Assembly: GCA_945877765.1 (NCBI GenBank)
Contig: CAMDWQ010000010.1
Span: 5,679-69,678 of the forward strand
Direction of reading: 5' to 3'
DNA: 64,000 nucleotides
Source: Candidatus Omnitrophota bacterium
Lineage (GTDB): Bacteria > Omnitrophota > Gorgyraeia > 2-02-FULL-51-18
In this document: positions 51,682 to 60,140 of the stretch, one piece after another
Numbering within the stretch: the first letter of the stretch is position 1
How the letters are laid out: every line of letters begins with the position of its first letter
Translations under genes and position numbers: made by a program
The notes under the pieces: model-generated
What the model was told of the DNA's origin: nothing
The model's database searches: none
The model's input: only the letters and a program-made list of their open reading frames with translations

Positions 51682-52175
51682 AAAATAAAGCTATTTTAAT
51701 ACTCGCAGGATCGCTACTCACTCTAATTTTGCTATTTATTTATTTTACAAACTCAAGAGCGACATATTCCAAGATAGCTGTTCGCTCAATCGATGAAAAT
51801 AAAATTTACGTTGGCGATGAAAAGCCAGGACTAGAATCAGCATCGGATGAGGCTAGTAGCTTTGCTAAGACTGTAGAGGGGCTTAACGAAGGTTGGGATA
51901 ATATTGGAACAGGAGAATCTTATTATAGAGCAGGGCAATATGAGGAGGCTGTAAAAGCTTATAAAAAAGCATACGATGTCGATCCTGGAAACAGGACTCT
52001 CTCAGGCAACAAATTGATCAACGTTTACGAAAAGCTCTCCCGATACGACGAAGCCATCGCCCTAGTAGATGAAATCTTAAAAACCCAACCACTTGTTGAA
52101 TATGGCATAGCGAAGTTCACCGCCATCCGCACTCGCCTCCTCGCCGCCAAAGTCCAATCTGCCAAAGCTGAATGA
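51678..52175 (+). CDS. Membrane-anchored TPR protein, candidate immunity protein
   Basis: N-terminal hydrophobic helix; GESYYRAGQYEEAVKAYKKAYDVDP TPR; ATGA overlap with the giant gene. Confidence 0.75.
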   Translation: MKNKAILILAGSLLTLILLFIYFTNSRATYSKIAVRSIDENKIYVGDEKPGLESASDEASSFAKTVEGLNEGWDNIGTGESYYRAGQYEEAVKAYKKAYDVDPGNRTLSGNKLINVYEKLSRYDEAIALVDEILKTQPLVEYGIAKFTAIRTRLLAAKVQSAKAE

Positions 52176-52355
52176 ATGAGTGGCAACGGATCCGCAAATC
52201 CATGCAAAATGTGAGATGATCCCCTCTAACTCGTGTTGCTGATTTTATTAAGACCTAAATAAATCGATTAATTTTTTATAAATGGTTAATCAGATAAAAA
52301 TTGGATACAATCTATATCAAGCGAATCAGTTTTTTAAAAAAATGAGGACATAGCA

Positions 52356-54437
52356 TTGACTGAAGAAATAGTTCCCATCGTATCACCCTCCGAAAGAAAA
52401 ACCCGCGCCACTAGTTACGAGTTGTCAATTAAGACTTTCTTAGAGGATCTCCAATTTAAAGATGTGGATGGGGCAAGAGATTCATTTTTAATAGGCGAAA
52501 ATCAGGTTGATGTTTGCGGAGGTCATGAGGATACACTCCTGATCATAGAATGCACGATGAAGCAAGCATTGGGGAAAAAATTGCTAATTGCCAAGATTGC
52601 GGAGTTAAGAGGAAAAAGGGATGTATTCCAAAAAGGCTTTAGAAAAAGCGAGAAGTATGGGCATTACAAAAATTTTAAATATATTCTTTCGGTGCGTAAT
52701 ATTCCGGTGCGTCGAGAAGATATTGATTATGCGAACAAAGACGAATGCAGAATTTATATATGGGATGATAACTGTATTGATTATTACAAGGATCTATATT
52801 CCAAAATCGGCGAATATGCCAAGTATGAACTTTTGGGTGAAATAGGGATTAGGCCGGCAAGTGGAAACACTGTTAGTATCCCAGCGGCTTGCACAAATAT
52901 TGCTGGATCTGATGTCTATTTATTTTTTGCAGACCCACGAACGTTACTCGAAGTTTCATGTGTCGCAAGACGTGAAAAGGGGCAAGAACGATACTATCAA
53001 AGGATCATAAACAAAAAAAAGCTTAAACAAATTGCTTCATATGTTGAGACTGGGAATATCTTACCCAATAACATCATAATAGGCATTAGTGAGCAATCCC
53101 GAAAATATTTAAAATTTACACCATGGCAAACCAAGCTTGATTACAAGCAACAATTATTGCAGTATGGTGTTAAATATGGAATTTTAGAATTTCCGAAAGA
53201 TTATCGTAGTTGCTGGATAATAGATGGACAGCATCGTCTCTACTCTTTTATAAACACAAAAAAACCTATTTATTTGCCTGTTGTTGCTTTTCATGATCTT
53301 AGCATGGAGAGACAATGCAAATTATTTTTAGACATCAATAAAAACCAGAAGCCTGTTCCTCCAGATTTAGTTTGGGATCTTAACGGTGACATGATTCCTT
53401 CCGAACCTGACGGCATTATTTCAAGCGTTGTCAAAAGTCTTAACGAAATGGAGCCGTTAGCTAGAAGAATCCACATTCCATCAAAGGGAATGCAAACATC
53501 TCACGGCTATTTAAAAATGTCGGGAATTTGTTTGAGTTTAAAAAGAACAAAATTAGGGACCCATGTTACGTATAGCAAGACTGAAAATCCATTTTGGAAT
53601 AAAAACCCCGATGAGACGGTTCGCCAACTCTCCAAAGCACTTTCAATATACTTTATTGTCATAAAAGATATTCTCAGAAAGGATTGGGAAAGGGGGGATA
53701 AGGGCTTGGCTCTTTCTAACGGGTCCAACTCGATATTAATTAGAATTTTTGAGAGAATTGTTTCCAACTGTGTGCTTAAAAAGAACGCTGTCAAAGCATC
53801 GGATTATGAAAAATATTTAAAGCCTCTTGGTAAATATTTAAACGAAAAAACGGATGAAGATTATAAAAAGATTCGTTTGATGGCCTCCAGCGAGGGCGGA
53901 AAAGATAACCTTTTGAGGGATTTTGTTTTATACATTCGAAAAGAAACAAATGACTGGCAATTTGGTGGAAATATAGATGCATCGGGATCCTCTGAAATAA
54001 AGTCTCTTGAAAAAAGATTTAAGGATTTGTTTGAATTAAAATTTAAAGAAGATAGGGCAGAGGATGTTCTTTCAAAGGATCTTTATGGCAAGGCATCAAA
54101 ATATCTTTCAACGCACGGCCTATCAAAACGTGATATTTATCGACAATTAACTTTTGGTGAGTGTGTTCGTGTTTTAAGGGAGAAAAAGGACATATTTTAT
54201 CCTAGTTTTGTTGGGTCTAATTGTGAATTTCATGCCGAAATTGATTTTGAGTCAGCATTAGGGCATATCACTAGGCACAGGAACAGCCAACTTTCACACG
54301 ATATTGGTGCGGCTGCTCGGGATACGGACGATCCGTTATTTAAAATTTACATTGATAAAATAAATAAATGTATAAATGGTATTTTGGGGGAAAGCGAAAA
54401 CGATGAGGAGGCAGAGGACGATAGTGATGAATTATAA
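52356..54437 (+). CDS. DGQHR-domain (DndB/ParB-like) protein with nuclease-like N-terminus and HEPN-like C-terminus
   Basis: YYQRII, IIDGQHRL, FLDINKNQKPV; QVDVCG..LLIIECT; RHRNSQLSH. Confidence 0.8.
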   Translation: MTEEIVPIVSPSERKTRATSYELSIKTFLEDLQFKDVDGARDSFLIGENQVDVCGGHEDTLLIIECTMKQALGKKLLIAKIAELRGKRDVFQKGFRKSEKYGHYKNFKYILSVRNIPVRREDIDYANKDECRIYIWDDNCIDYYKDLYSKIGEYAKYELLGEIGIRPASGNTVSIPAACTNIAGSDVYLFFADPRTLLEVSCVARREKGQERYYQRIINKKKLKQIASYVETGNILPNNIIIGISEQSRKYLKFTPWQTKLDYKQQLLQYGVKYGILEFPKDYRSCWIIDGQHRLYSFINTKKPIYLPVVAFHDLSMERQCKLFLDINKNQKPVPPDLVWDLNGDMIPSEPDGIISSVVKSLNEMEPLARRIHIPSKGMQTSHGYLKMSGICLSLKRTKLGTHVTYSKTENPFWNKNPDETVRQLSKALSIYFIVIKDILRKDWERGDKGLALSNGSNSILIRIFERIVSNCVLKKNAVKASDYEKYLKPLGKYLNEKTDEDYKKIRLMASSEGGKDNLLRDFVLYIRKETNDWQFGGNIDASGSSEIKSLEKRFKDLFELKFKEDRAEDVLSKDLYGKASKYLSTHGLSKRDIYRQLTFGECVRVLREKKDIFYPSFVGSNCEFHAEIDFESALGHITRHRNSQLSHDIGAAARDTDDPLFKIYIDKINKCINGILGESENDEEAEDDSDEL

Positions 54438-54453
54438 AAGCTGAGAAGAATTT

Positions 54454-55221
54454 TTGCGCTTAAATTTTGATGTATCGGTTGTCAGGGGTTTGAGAAGCGC
54501 CTCCCAAAGAGCGCGAGTTTTAACTGAGGACTGGGTTGATAAGCAAGTTTATTGCCCTAATTGCGGGCTTGTCGATATAGATAAATATCCAAATAATAAT
54601 CCCGCCGCCGATTTTCACTGCTCGAATTGCCATGAAGACTATGAGCTCAAAAGCAAAAACTCTAAAATTGGCACAAGAGTCGTCGACGGAGCCTACAAGA
54701 CATTGATTCAGAAGTTGCGGGGCAGTACCAATCCCAATCTATTTTTGTTAAATTACGATCCGCGAAGTCTTGAAGTTCAAAATTTTTTTGTGATTCCAAA
54801 GCACTTTTTTATTCCTGAAATTATTGAAAAGAGGAAACCGCTTGTACTCACCGCTCGCCGTGCCGGGTGGGTTGGTTGTAACATTCTTCTGCATGGCATC
54901 CCGCAAACGGGGAAAATTTATTTTGTAAAAAATCGTATTGTTGAGTCGAAATCAAAGGTACTTTCCTGTTGGAAAAAAACACTTTTTTTGAGAGAAGAAA
55001 AAGAGCTTGTCGCCAAAGGCTGGCTTTTGGATGTGATGCGCTGTGTCGAGCAGCTTAGCCAAAGTTTTTCACTTGATGAAGTTTATTCTTTCGCGGGAGA
55101 GCTCGGGATCAAACACCCTGGGAATCGACACATCAAGGATAAAATCCGTCAACAGTTGCAGGTTCTGCGTGAGAGAGGCTACCTCGAGTTTATCGGGCGA
55201 GGCCGTTACCGGCGCCCTTGA
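54454..55221 (+). CDS. DpnI-like (Dam-replacing family) modification-dependent restriction endonuclease
   Basis: SQRARVLTEDWV..YCPNCG, ADFHCSNC.EDYELKSK, RRAGWVGCNI, KIRQQLQVLR winged helix. Confidence 0.92.
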   Translation: MRLNFDVSVVRGLRSASQRARVLTEDWVDKQVYCPNCGLVDIDKYPNNNPAADFHCSNCHEDYELKSKNSKIGTRVVDGAYKTLIQKLRGSTNPNLFLLNYDPRSLEVQNFFVIPKHFFIPEIIEKRKPLVLTARRAGWVGCNILLHGIPQTGKIYFVKNRIVESKSKVLSCWKKTLFLREEKELVAKGWLLDVMRCVEQLSQSFSLDEVYSFAGELGIKHPGNRHIKDKIRQQLQVLRERGYLEFIGRGRYRRP

Positions 55222-55247
55222 TCACTTGACTTGACACTTTTCCTTGA

Positions 55248-55436
55248 TTGATCAATGATCGGATCATGCGAGTCCAAGAGTCTATAAACTTTAAAAAAAA
55301 TCTTGTTAGATTGCTAGATTATGTTTGGCGTGACGAATCCAAGCATTACCAAGAAAATCGAAAGCGTGACCATATATTTCTAACGATAAGAAGCTTGGCT
55401 CGTGAGGTAGGGTATGCCAAAAAGTGCAAGGGGTGA
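55248..55436 (+). CDS. Small hypothetical protein
   Basis: Co-oriented short ORF after the DpnI-like gene; start may be 55267. Confidence 0.45.
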   Translation: MINDRIMRVQESINFKKNLVRLLDYVWRDESKHYQENRKRDHIFLTIRSLAREVGYAKKCKG

Positions 55437-55440
55437 AAGC

Positions 55441-55701
55441 ATGACGAGGTCTTTTATTTTTATCACCGAAGAAGGGTTTACCTATCAACCCAAGTCAGTT
55501 TCACAGATGCCAGATGTTGATAATTTTCAAGTTCTTGGGTTTTCTCAGGGCCAGACAGAGGGAAAAGCGTTCAAGAATTTTTTATGTGAGAATGAATGGC
55601 TTGGTATAATGACATTTAGAAAAGTGAGCTGTTACGAATTAAAAGATAGGACCTGCAAAGAATTTTTAATTCCTAATTCTAGGGTCAAAAAATCCCCGTA
55701 G
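55441..55701 (+). CDS. Hypothetical protein
   Basis: MTRSFIFITEEGFTYQP...QVLGFSQG; RBS ggggtg upstream. Confidence 0.6.
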   Translation: MTRSFIFITEEGFTYQPKSVSQMPDVDNFQVLGFSQGQTEGKAFKNFLCENEWLGIMTFRKVSCYELKDRTCKEFLIPNSRVKKSP

Positions 55702-55741
55702 AAAGAAACTTGATTATTTTTAGCCCAATTTAGCGATACCC
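55684..55741 (+). repeat. 58-bp direct repeat, copy 1
   Basis: gtcaaaaaatccccgtagaaagaaacttgattatttttagcccaatttagcgataccc. Confidence 0.85.
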
Positions 55742-55885
55742 ACCGAGCTTCGACTAGCCACTTTCATAATCTTTAAATATTCCTCGTAAGAACTTAAATA
55801 TTTTTAAGAAGTGCTATTGACAGCTTGCATGCACTATGCCAGACTTCCCGCAGATTGAAAAACAAGAGCTAAAATCGAGGGGGGT

Positions 55886-56131
55886 TTGAATATGAAGGTA
55901 TTGGTGCTGGATGAGAAGAAGAACCATAGTTATTTTCTGACCTTCCCGAAAGAGATGAGTCAAAAGAATATTAAAGACATGCTAGAGGTCGACGATCACC
56001 GGTTAGCAACCTTTCTTCTCGCGAGGAAAGCCACTGGAAAAATTACTGTCCCTCCAAAAGCTCGAAAGAAAGCAAAGCTTGTGGCTAACTTTACCCTTGC
56101 CCAAGGTTATCGAATCGAACGGTTGGCTTAA
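55886..56131 (+). CDS. Hypothetical protein
   Basis: 81-aa ORF with RBS gagggggg and an upstream TTGACA. Confidence 0.55.
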   Translation: MNMKVLVLDEKKNHSYFLTFPKEMSQKNIKDMLEVDDHRLATFLLARKATGKITVPPKARKKAKLVANFTLAQGYRIERLA

Positions 56132-56258
56132 ATGAGATCCGGTAATAATTCCTTGCCAGTGTTCTTTTAAATTCTTAAAATATCCCTTGGAATAAAAGAA
56201 TGCCCTGTTTTTTAAACAAGTGACTAAAACTTCTTGATGAATAATGATGGAGCTGCTA

Positions 56259-56420
56259 ATGATTGACCTGCAGAGTCTTGTTGAAGCTATCAAAAAATTA
56301 AATGAAAATGAACAATACAGCCAGGGAGTCATCATCAAGCTCAATAAGAAAACTGCCTCCATCAAGCTTTCCGATGGACATGTCTGGAACGTATCTCCCG
56401 GGTTGTTAGAAAAAGCGTGA
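56259..56420 (+). CDS. 53-aa hypothetical protein (not in ORF track)
   Basis: MIDLQSLVEAIKKLNENEQYSQGVIIKLNKKTASIKLSDGHVWNVSPGLLEKA*; RBS ggag; GTGA overlap with the next gene. Confidence 0.55.
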   Translation: MIDLQSLVEAIKKLNENEQYSQGVIIKLNKKTASIKLSDGHVWNVSPGLLEKA

Positions 56421-57916
56421 CCCCTCTTATCAGTCAACTGGATCGTTGTTTTAACTGCGGGGCTCGTCCGCGCAACATTTGCCCGGCAATGGACAAGGGG
56501 ATTTGCCCGTCTTGCTGCGGGTCTATGCGGGGATCTTCGATTGCCTGTGCCTCCGGCTGCGCTTATTTTCCATTTGCAGTGCCCGGATATGATCTGTGGC
56601 TTAAGACAGACAGCGCGCTTGCTCGAAAGATGCTTTCACGCATTAAAGAATGTTTTGGACAAAATCATTTTGAGAATTGGATGCATCGTATGTCTTTTGA
56701 AGACGATTCACTAGAGCATATGATGCAGACCGCGGCTGCCTCCGCGGCCTATAACATTCTTTTTATTGAACGATCTGCCAAAGGACTTAGCCCTGCCCGC
56801 GAATGGAAGGAAGAAGGCTGGCCTGGGCTGTCCAATGACGAGCGCCAGATGATGGAGTTCCGTCTGAGCTCCCGCGCCACAGTCATCGAGGTCCAAAGAG
56901 TCCTCGATCACCAGGCGATGGAATGCGTGGACGTACTCGATCCCGAAAGAGGAAGCTTTATTGTGCTGGATCGTAGCACGGCCTCTCAAGTAGTCAGATA
57001 CACCCGACTTTTGGCGTGGCTGACCCACTATCGCTATTTTAGCCGTATTGAAAACAACGGCGTTGAGATCATGGACAATATTTTTGACGATTTTTTAATG
57101 GAAACAAAAAAGCGATTGATGAAAGAAACGGTAAAAAGTCCCACCATAACCCAAAAGGAATGTCTCTCCCAAAACTTTGGTTTTTTCTGCGGCCTAGCCC
57201 AAAAGATGGCCAAAAAACGCAGTCTTATGATGTTAAGAAAAATGGATCTCTATGATTGCAAGGCCGTCTACCGGCTTTTAGTTCCCACGGAGGAGATCCT
57301 ACGGGTTTTGGAAAAAGAACCTGACTTTAAGAAAGAAAACGGACCGTCTTTTGACCAAAAACCAATTCCGGGGGCGCAATATTATTCCTGGCTACGTCGA
57401 GGCCGGTCCAAGGCTATTGAAAAAAAGATGAACAGCGCTTTTCATTCTGATGACGAACCATTTGGGGTGGGCATCCTGGGGTTCGTTGTCCTTTGTCCCG
57501 ACCGCATGATTATTGGGTCGTTTTCGAAGCTGAAATATAGATTCGCTAAAAAGATAGCCAAACAATATTTCAAAGGCATGATTTTATTGCAAGGAGAAAA
57601 AATCGTGGATTTGGCCAAGCAGATGGCTGAAAAAAAAGAGCCATTGGAGGCTGAGCACCAGGACAGGAAGCAATTGGAGAGTATGCTTGCCAGCCAATCT
57701 TATGAGCGAACCTATAAAAAATTTCCTGATGAGCCGATCCCCATGCTTGGCGGAAAAACGCCACGTGAGGCATCCCGTGATCCCCTCATGCATGCCAGTC
57801 TCGTCGAGCTTATGAAAATCCACATCAAAGGCATCGACAAGCAAAAAAAGGAAAAAGGGGTTGAGTTTAGTCTCAATGCGCTACTGGATGAATTAAATCT
57901 TCCCGAGCTTAAGTGA
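56417..57916 (+). CDS. Hypothetical protein with Cys-rich N-terminus and Xre/MbcA-antitoxin-like C-terminal motif
   Basis: CFNC..RNICPA...ICPSCCG...CASGC; DEPIPMLGGKTPREA. Confidence 0.7.
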   Translation: MTPLISQLDRCFNCGARPRNICPAMDKGICPSCCGSMRGSSIACASGCAYFPFAVPGYDLWLKTDSALARKMLSRIKECFGQNHFENWMHRMSFEDDSLEHMMQTAAASAAYNILFIERSAKGLSPAREWKEEGWPGLSNDERQMMEFRLSSRATVIEVQRVLDHQAMECVDVLDPERGSFIVLDRSTASQVVRYTRLLAWLTHYRYFSRIENNGVEIMDNIFDDFLMETKKRLMKETVKSPTITQKECLSQNFGFFCGLAQKMAKKRSLMMLRKMDLYDCKAVYRLLVPTEEILRVLEKEPDFKKENGPSFDQKPIPGAQYYSWLRRGRSKAIEKKMNSAFHSDDEPFGVGILGFVVLCPDRMIIGSFSKLKYRFAKKIAKQYFKGMILLQGEKIVDLAKQMAEKKEPLEAEHQDRKQLESMLASQSYERTYKKFPDEPIPMLGGKTPREASRDPLMHASLVELMKIHIKGIDKQKKEKGVEFSLNALLDELNLPELK

Positions 57917-58008
57917 TGGACAGAATTCAGAAGAATCCAGTAATGAGAGAAAACCTTGAATTCTGGCTCCCGACATGGTATTCTTACCAGTAAGAACTGG
58001 AGGATTCC

Positions 58009-58275
58009 ATGGAACATCTTGAAATTACAATGCTCTCATCCAAAGGTCAGATAGTGTTGCCCCAGACGATTCGGCTCAAGCTTCATCTGACCCAAGGTGA
58101 GAAGTTTATCGTTCTGGGTGAGAAAGACACCGTTATCCTAAAAAAGATCGAGCGCCCCGCTCTTGAAAGAGCCAAGAAATTGGTTAAAGAATCAAGGGCC
58201 TGGGCCAAGAAGGCGGGACTCACCCTGTCTGATGTCAGCGATGCTATCCGTAAGGTAAGAGCTGAATCAAAGTGA
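58009..58275 (+). CDS. AbrB/MazE family antitoxin
   Basis: LSSKGQIVLPQTIRLKL.L..GEKF. Confidence 0.9.
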   Translation: MEHLEITMLSSKGQIVLPQTIRLKLHLTQGEKFIVLGEKDTVILKKIERPALERAKKLVKESRAWAKKAGLTLSDVSDAIRKVRAESK

Positions 58276-58676
58276 GGGTCGTTTTAGACACCAACGTCCT
58301 TATCTCGGGAATCTATTTTGGTGGAATTCCAGGCCGCATTGTTGATGCCTGGCTTGACGCCAAATTTACCGCGTGCATAACGCCGGACATCTATGACGAG
58401 TATCTTAAAGTCATTGATAGATTCAACAAAAAAGGCGCGAGTCCGATCATTGAACGTGATTGGCCAACCCTTCTTCCGGAGATATGTTATATGATCTCCG
58501 ACCAAAAATTAGCCCATCCTATCTCACGGGATACCAGTGATGATAAATTCATCGCCTGCGCCATGGGCGCAAAAGCTGGCCACCTTGTCACCGGCGACTT
58601 GGATTTAAAAACAATCCCCCCGCAGCCAGGCTTTAAGATCGTCTCCGTGGAAGAGTTTTGGAATATTTTAAAGTAG
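58272..58676 (+). CDS. PIN-domain toxin (VapC-like)
   Basis: VVLDTNVLISG, RDTSDDKFIACA, LVTGDLDL. Confidence 0.92.
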   Translation: MRVVLDTNVLISGIYFGGIPGRIVDAWLDAKFTACITPDIYDEYLKVIDRFNKKGASPIIERDWPTLLPEICYMISDQKLAHPISRDTSDDKFIACAMGAKAGHLVTGDLDLKTIPPQPGFKIVSVEEFWNILK

Positions 58677-58710
58677 CCGACCACAAATTATTATTCTCGG
58701 TCTTAACGGC

Positions 58711-58768
58711 GTCAAAAAATCCTCGTAGACAGAAATCTGATTATTTTTAGCCCAATTTAGCGATACCC
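58711..58768 (+). repeat. 58-bp direct repeat, copy 2
   Basis: gtcaaaaaatcctcgtagacagaaatctgattatttttagcccaatttagcgataccc. Confidence 0.85.
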
Positions 58769-58781
58769 GCTTAGGAGTCTG

Positions 58782-58873
58782 GAGTCTGGGGACACGTACC
58801 TAATTCACCCTAACTTACTTTGGTTTTGGCCCAGGTTTGATTTTCCTCAATAAACTCGTCAGAGTCCAGAGGT
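58782..58873 (-). mobile_element. Truncated, internally deleted copy of the RAYT element end (TIR plus transposase 3' end)
   Basis: Matches 60138-60261 apart from a deletion of about 30 nt. Confidence 0.85.
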
Positions 58874-58955
58874 CCGACTGACCAGGTATTGTTGTAGTGC
58901 TTGACATAGTATCTGCTGTAATGTATGCATAAAGAAGCCACTTATAGGAGACGCC

Positions 58956-59183
58956 ATGCTACATCTAAATATCACATTCCCTGAGGATTTGAAAGAGGCT
59001 TTGGATCAAGAGGTTAAGCGGGAGCATACTCAGCGTAGTACGCTAATCCAAAAAGCGGTCTGGGTCTACCTGGAAACAAAAAAGCAAAAAGACCTCAGAT
59101 CTAATCAAGTCCTCAAAAGTAAAATGCCATCAAGTCCGCTCTGTAGACAAGCAGAGGCTTTGAAGTTGCATTTGGGGTTTTAG
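58956..59183 (+). CDS. CopG/RHH protein, orphan antitoxin-like
   Basis: LNITFPEDLKEALDQ...RSTLIQKAV; RBS aggag. Confidence 0.7.
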   Translation: MLHLNITFPEDLKEALDQEVKREHTQRSTLIQKAVWVYLETKKQKDLRSNQVLKSKMPSSPLCRQAEALKLHLGF

Positions 59184-59192
59184 AAAATTTGA

Positions 59193-59246
59193 AAGCTTGG
59201 TGTGTCGCCTCGTCGCTGTGTGGTGATCGAGGATTCGATAGGAGGT
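59193..59246 (+). pseudogene. Remnant of a HAD-family hydrolase
   Basis: KLGVSPRRCVVIEDSIGG resembles the HAD motif IV region; no upstream portion in frame. Confidence 0.5.
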
Positions 59247-60108
59247 GCTGATGGATATACTAAAAGGGATGATTATGGATATGCAGAAGTTTTACGATAT
59301 GGCAATTCTTTATTCTGTGAAGTACGGTTTGCAGGCGATCGTTGCGCTGATCATCCTTTTTATTGGATGGAAGTTGGCGGCCTGGGTTTCACGGCTCAGC
59401 TACGAAGCGCTTCAAAAAAAGCATCTGGACATCACGCTTAGTCATTTCATTGCGGGTATCGTGAAAATGGTCGTCATGGCCTTCGCGGTGCTCATGGCGC
59501 TGGATAAACTGGGCATCACGATCAATCCGCTTATCGCGACGATCAGTGCCGCGGTATTTGGCGCGAGCTTTGCCATTCAAGCCCCGCTATCGAATTATGC
59601 AGCCGGGTTATCGATCATCCTCACGAGGCCCTTCGTCGTCGGCAATACGATCACCGTCAAGAGCTACAGCGGTGTCGTGGAAGAAGTAAAACTCCCGTGC
59701 ACGGTTCTTCTTAACGGCGACGGCGAGCGCATCACGATCCCCAATAAGGATATTGTTGGCGAGGTCATCACTAATTCGTTCCTCAATCACGCGGCGGATA
59801 CGGTGATCGGGATCAGCTATTCGGACGACCCGGAAAAGGCGATCGCTGTGATTTTGGAGGCACTCAAAAAAATCCCCGCCGTATCGCAAGAGCTGGGACC
59901 GTTTGTGGGTGTTCAGTCGTTTGGCGAGTCTTCCATCAACATCAGTGCTCGTTATTGGGTGCCGACCACACAAGCGCGTTTGGCACAGCATGATGTTAAT
60001 CTTGCCATCTATAAGGCAATTCAAGCGGCGCGTATCACCATTCCGTTTCCGCGCAGGGATTTGCATGTGTTTCCCGCAGATAAGGCCTCGCTCTTGACCG
60101 GAAAATAA
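59245..60108 (+). CDS. mscS: Small-conductance mechanosensitive channel
   Basis: Three TMs, LSNYAAGLSIILTRPFVVGNTI, ITIPN, IGISYSDD, ITIPFP; start may be 59269 or 59281. Confidence 0.9.
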   Translation: MLMDILKGMIMDMQKFYDMAILYSVKYGLQAIVALIILFIGWKLAAWVSRLSYEALQKKHLDITLSHFIAGIVKMVVMAFAVLMALDKLGITINPLIATISAAVFGASFAIQAPLSNYAAGLSIILTRPFVVGNTITVKSYSGVVEEVKLPCTVLLNGDGERITIPNKDIVGEVITNSFLNHAADTVIGISYSDDPEKAIAVILEALKKIPAVSQELGPFVGVQSFGESSINISARYWVPTTQARLAQHDVNLAIYKAIQAARITIPFPRRDLHVFPADKASLLTGK

Positions 60109-60140
60109 GGAAGAATTGTCACACTCCGATAGTGCCCGAG

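Noticed and set aside
52356-54437. DNA phosphorothioation (dnd) cluster
   Set aside because: Only a DGQHR-domain gene is present; no dndA/C/D/E in the window.
55684-58775. 58-bp repeats as integron attC sites
   Set aside because: No convincing RYYYAAC/GTTRRRY complementary ends or internal palindrome, and no integrase in the window.
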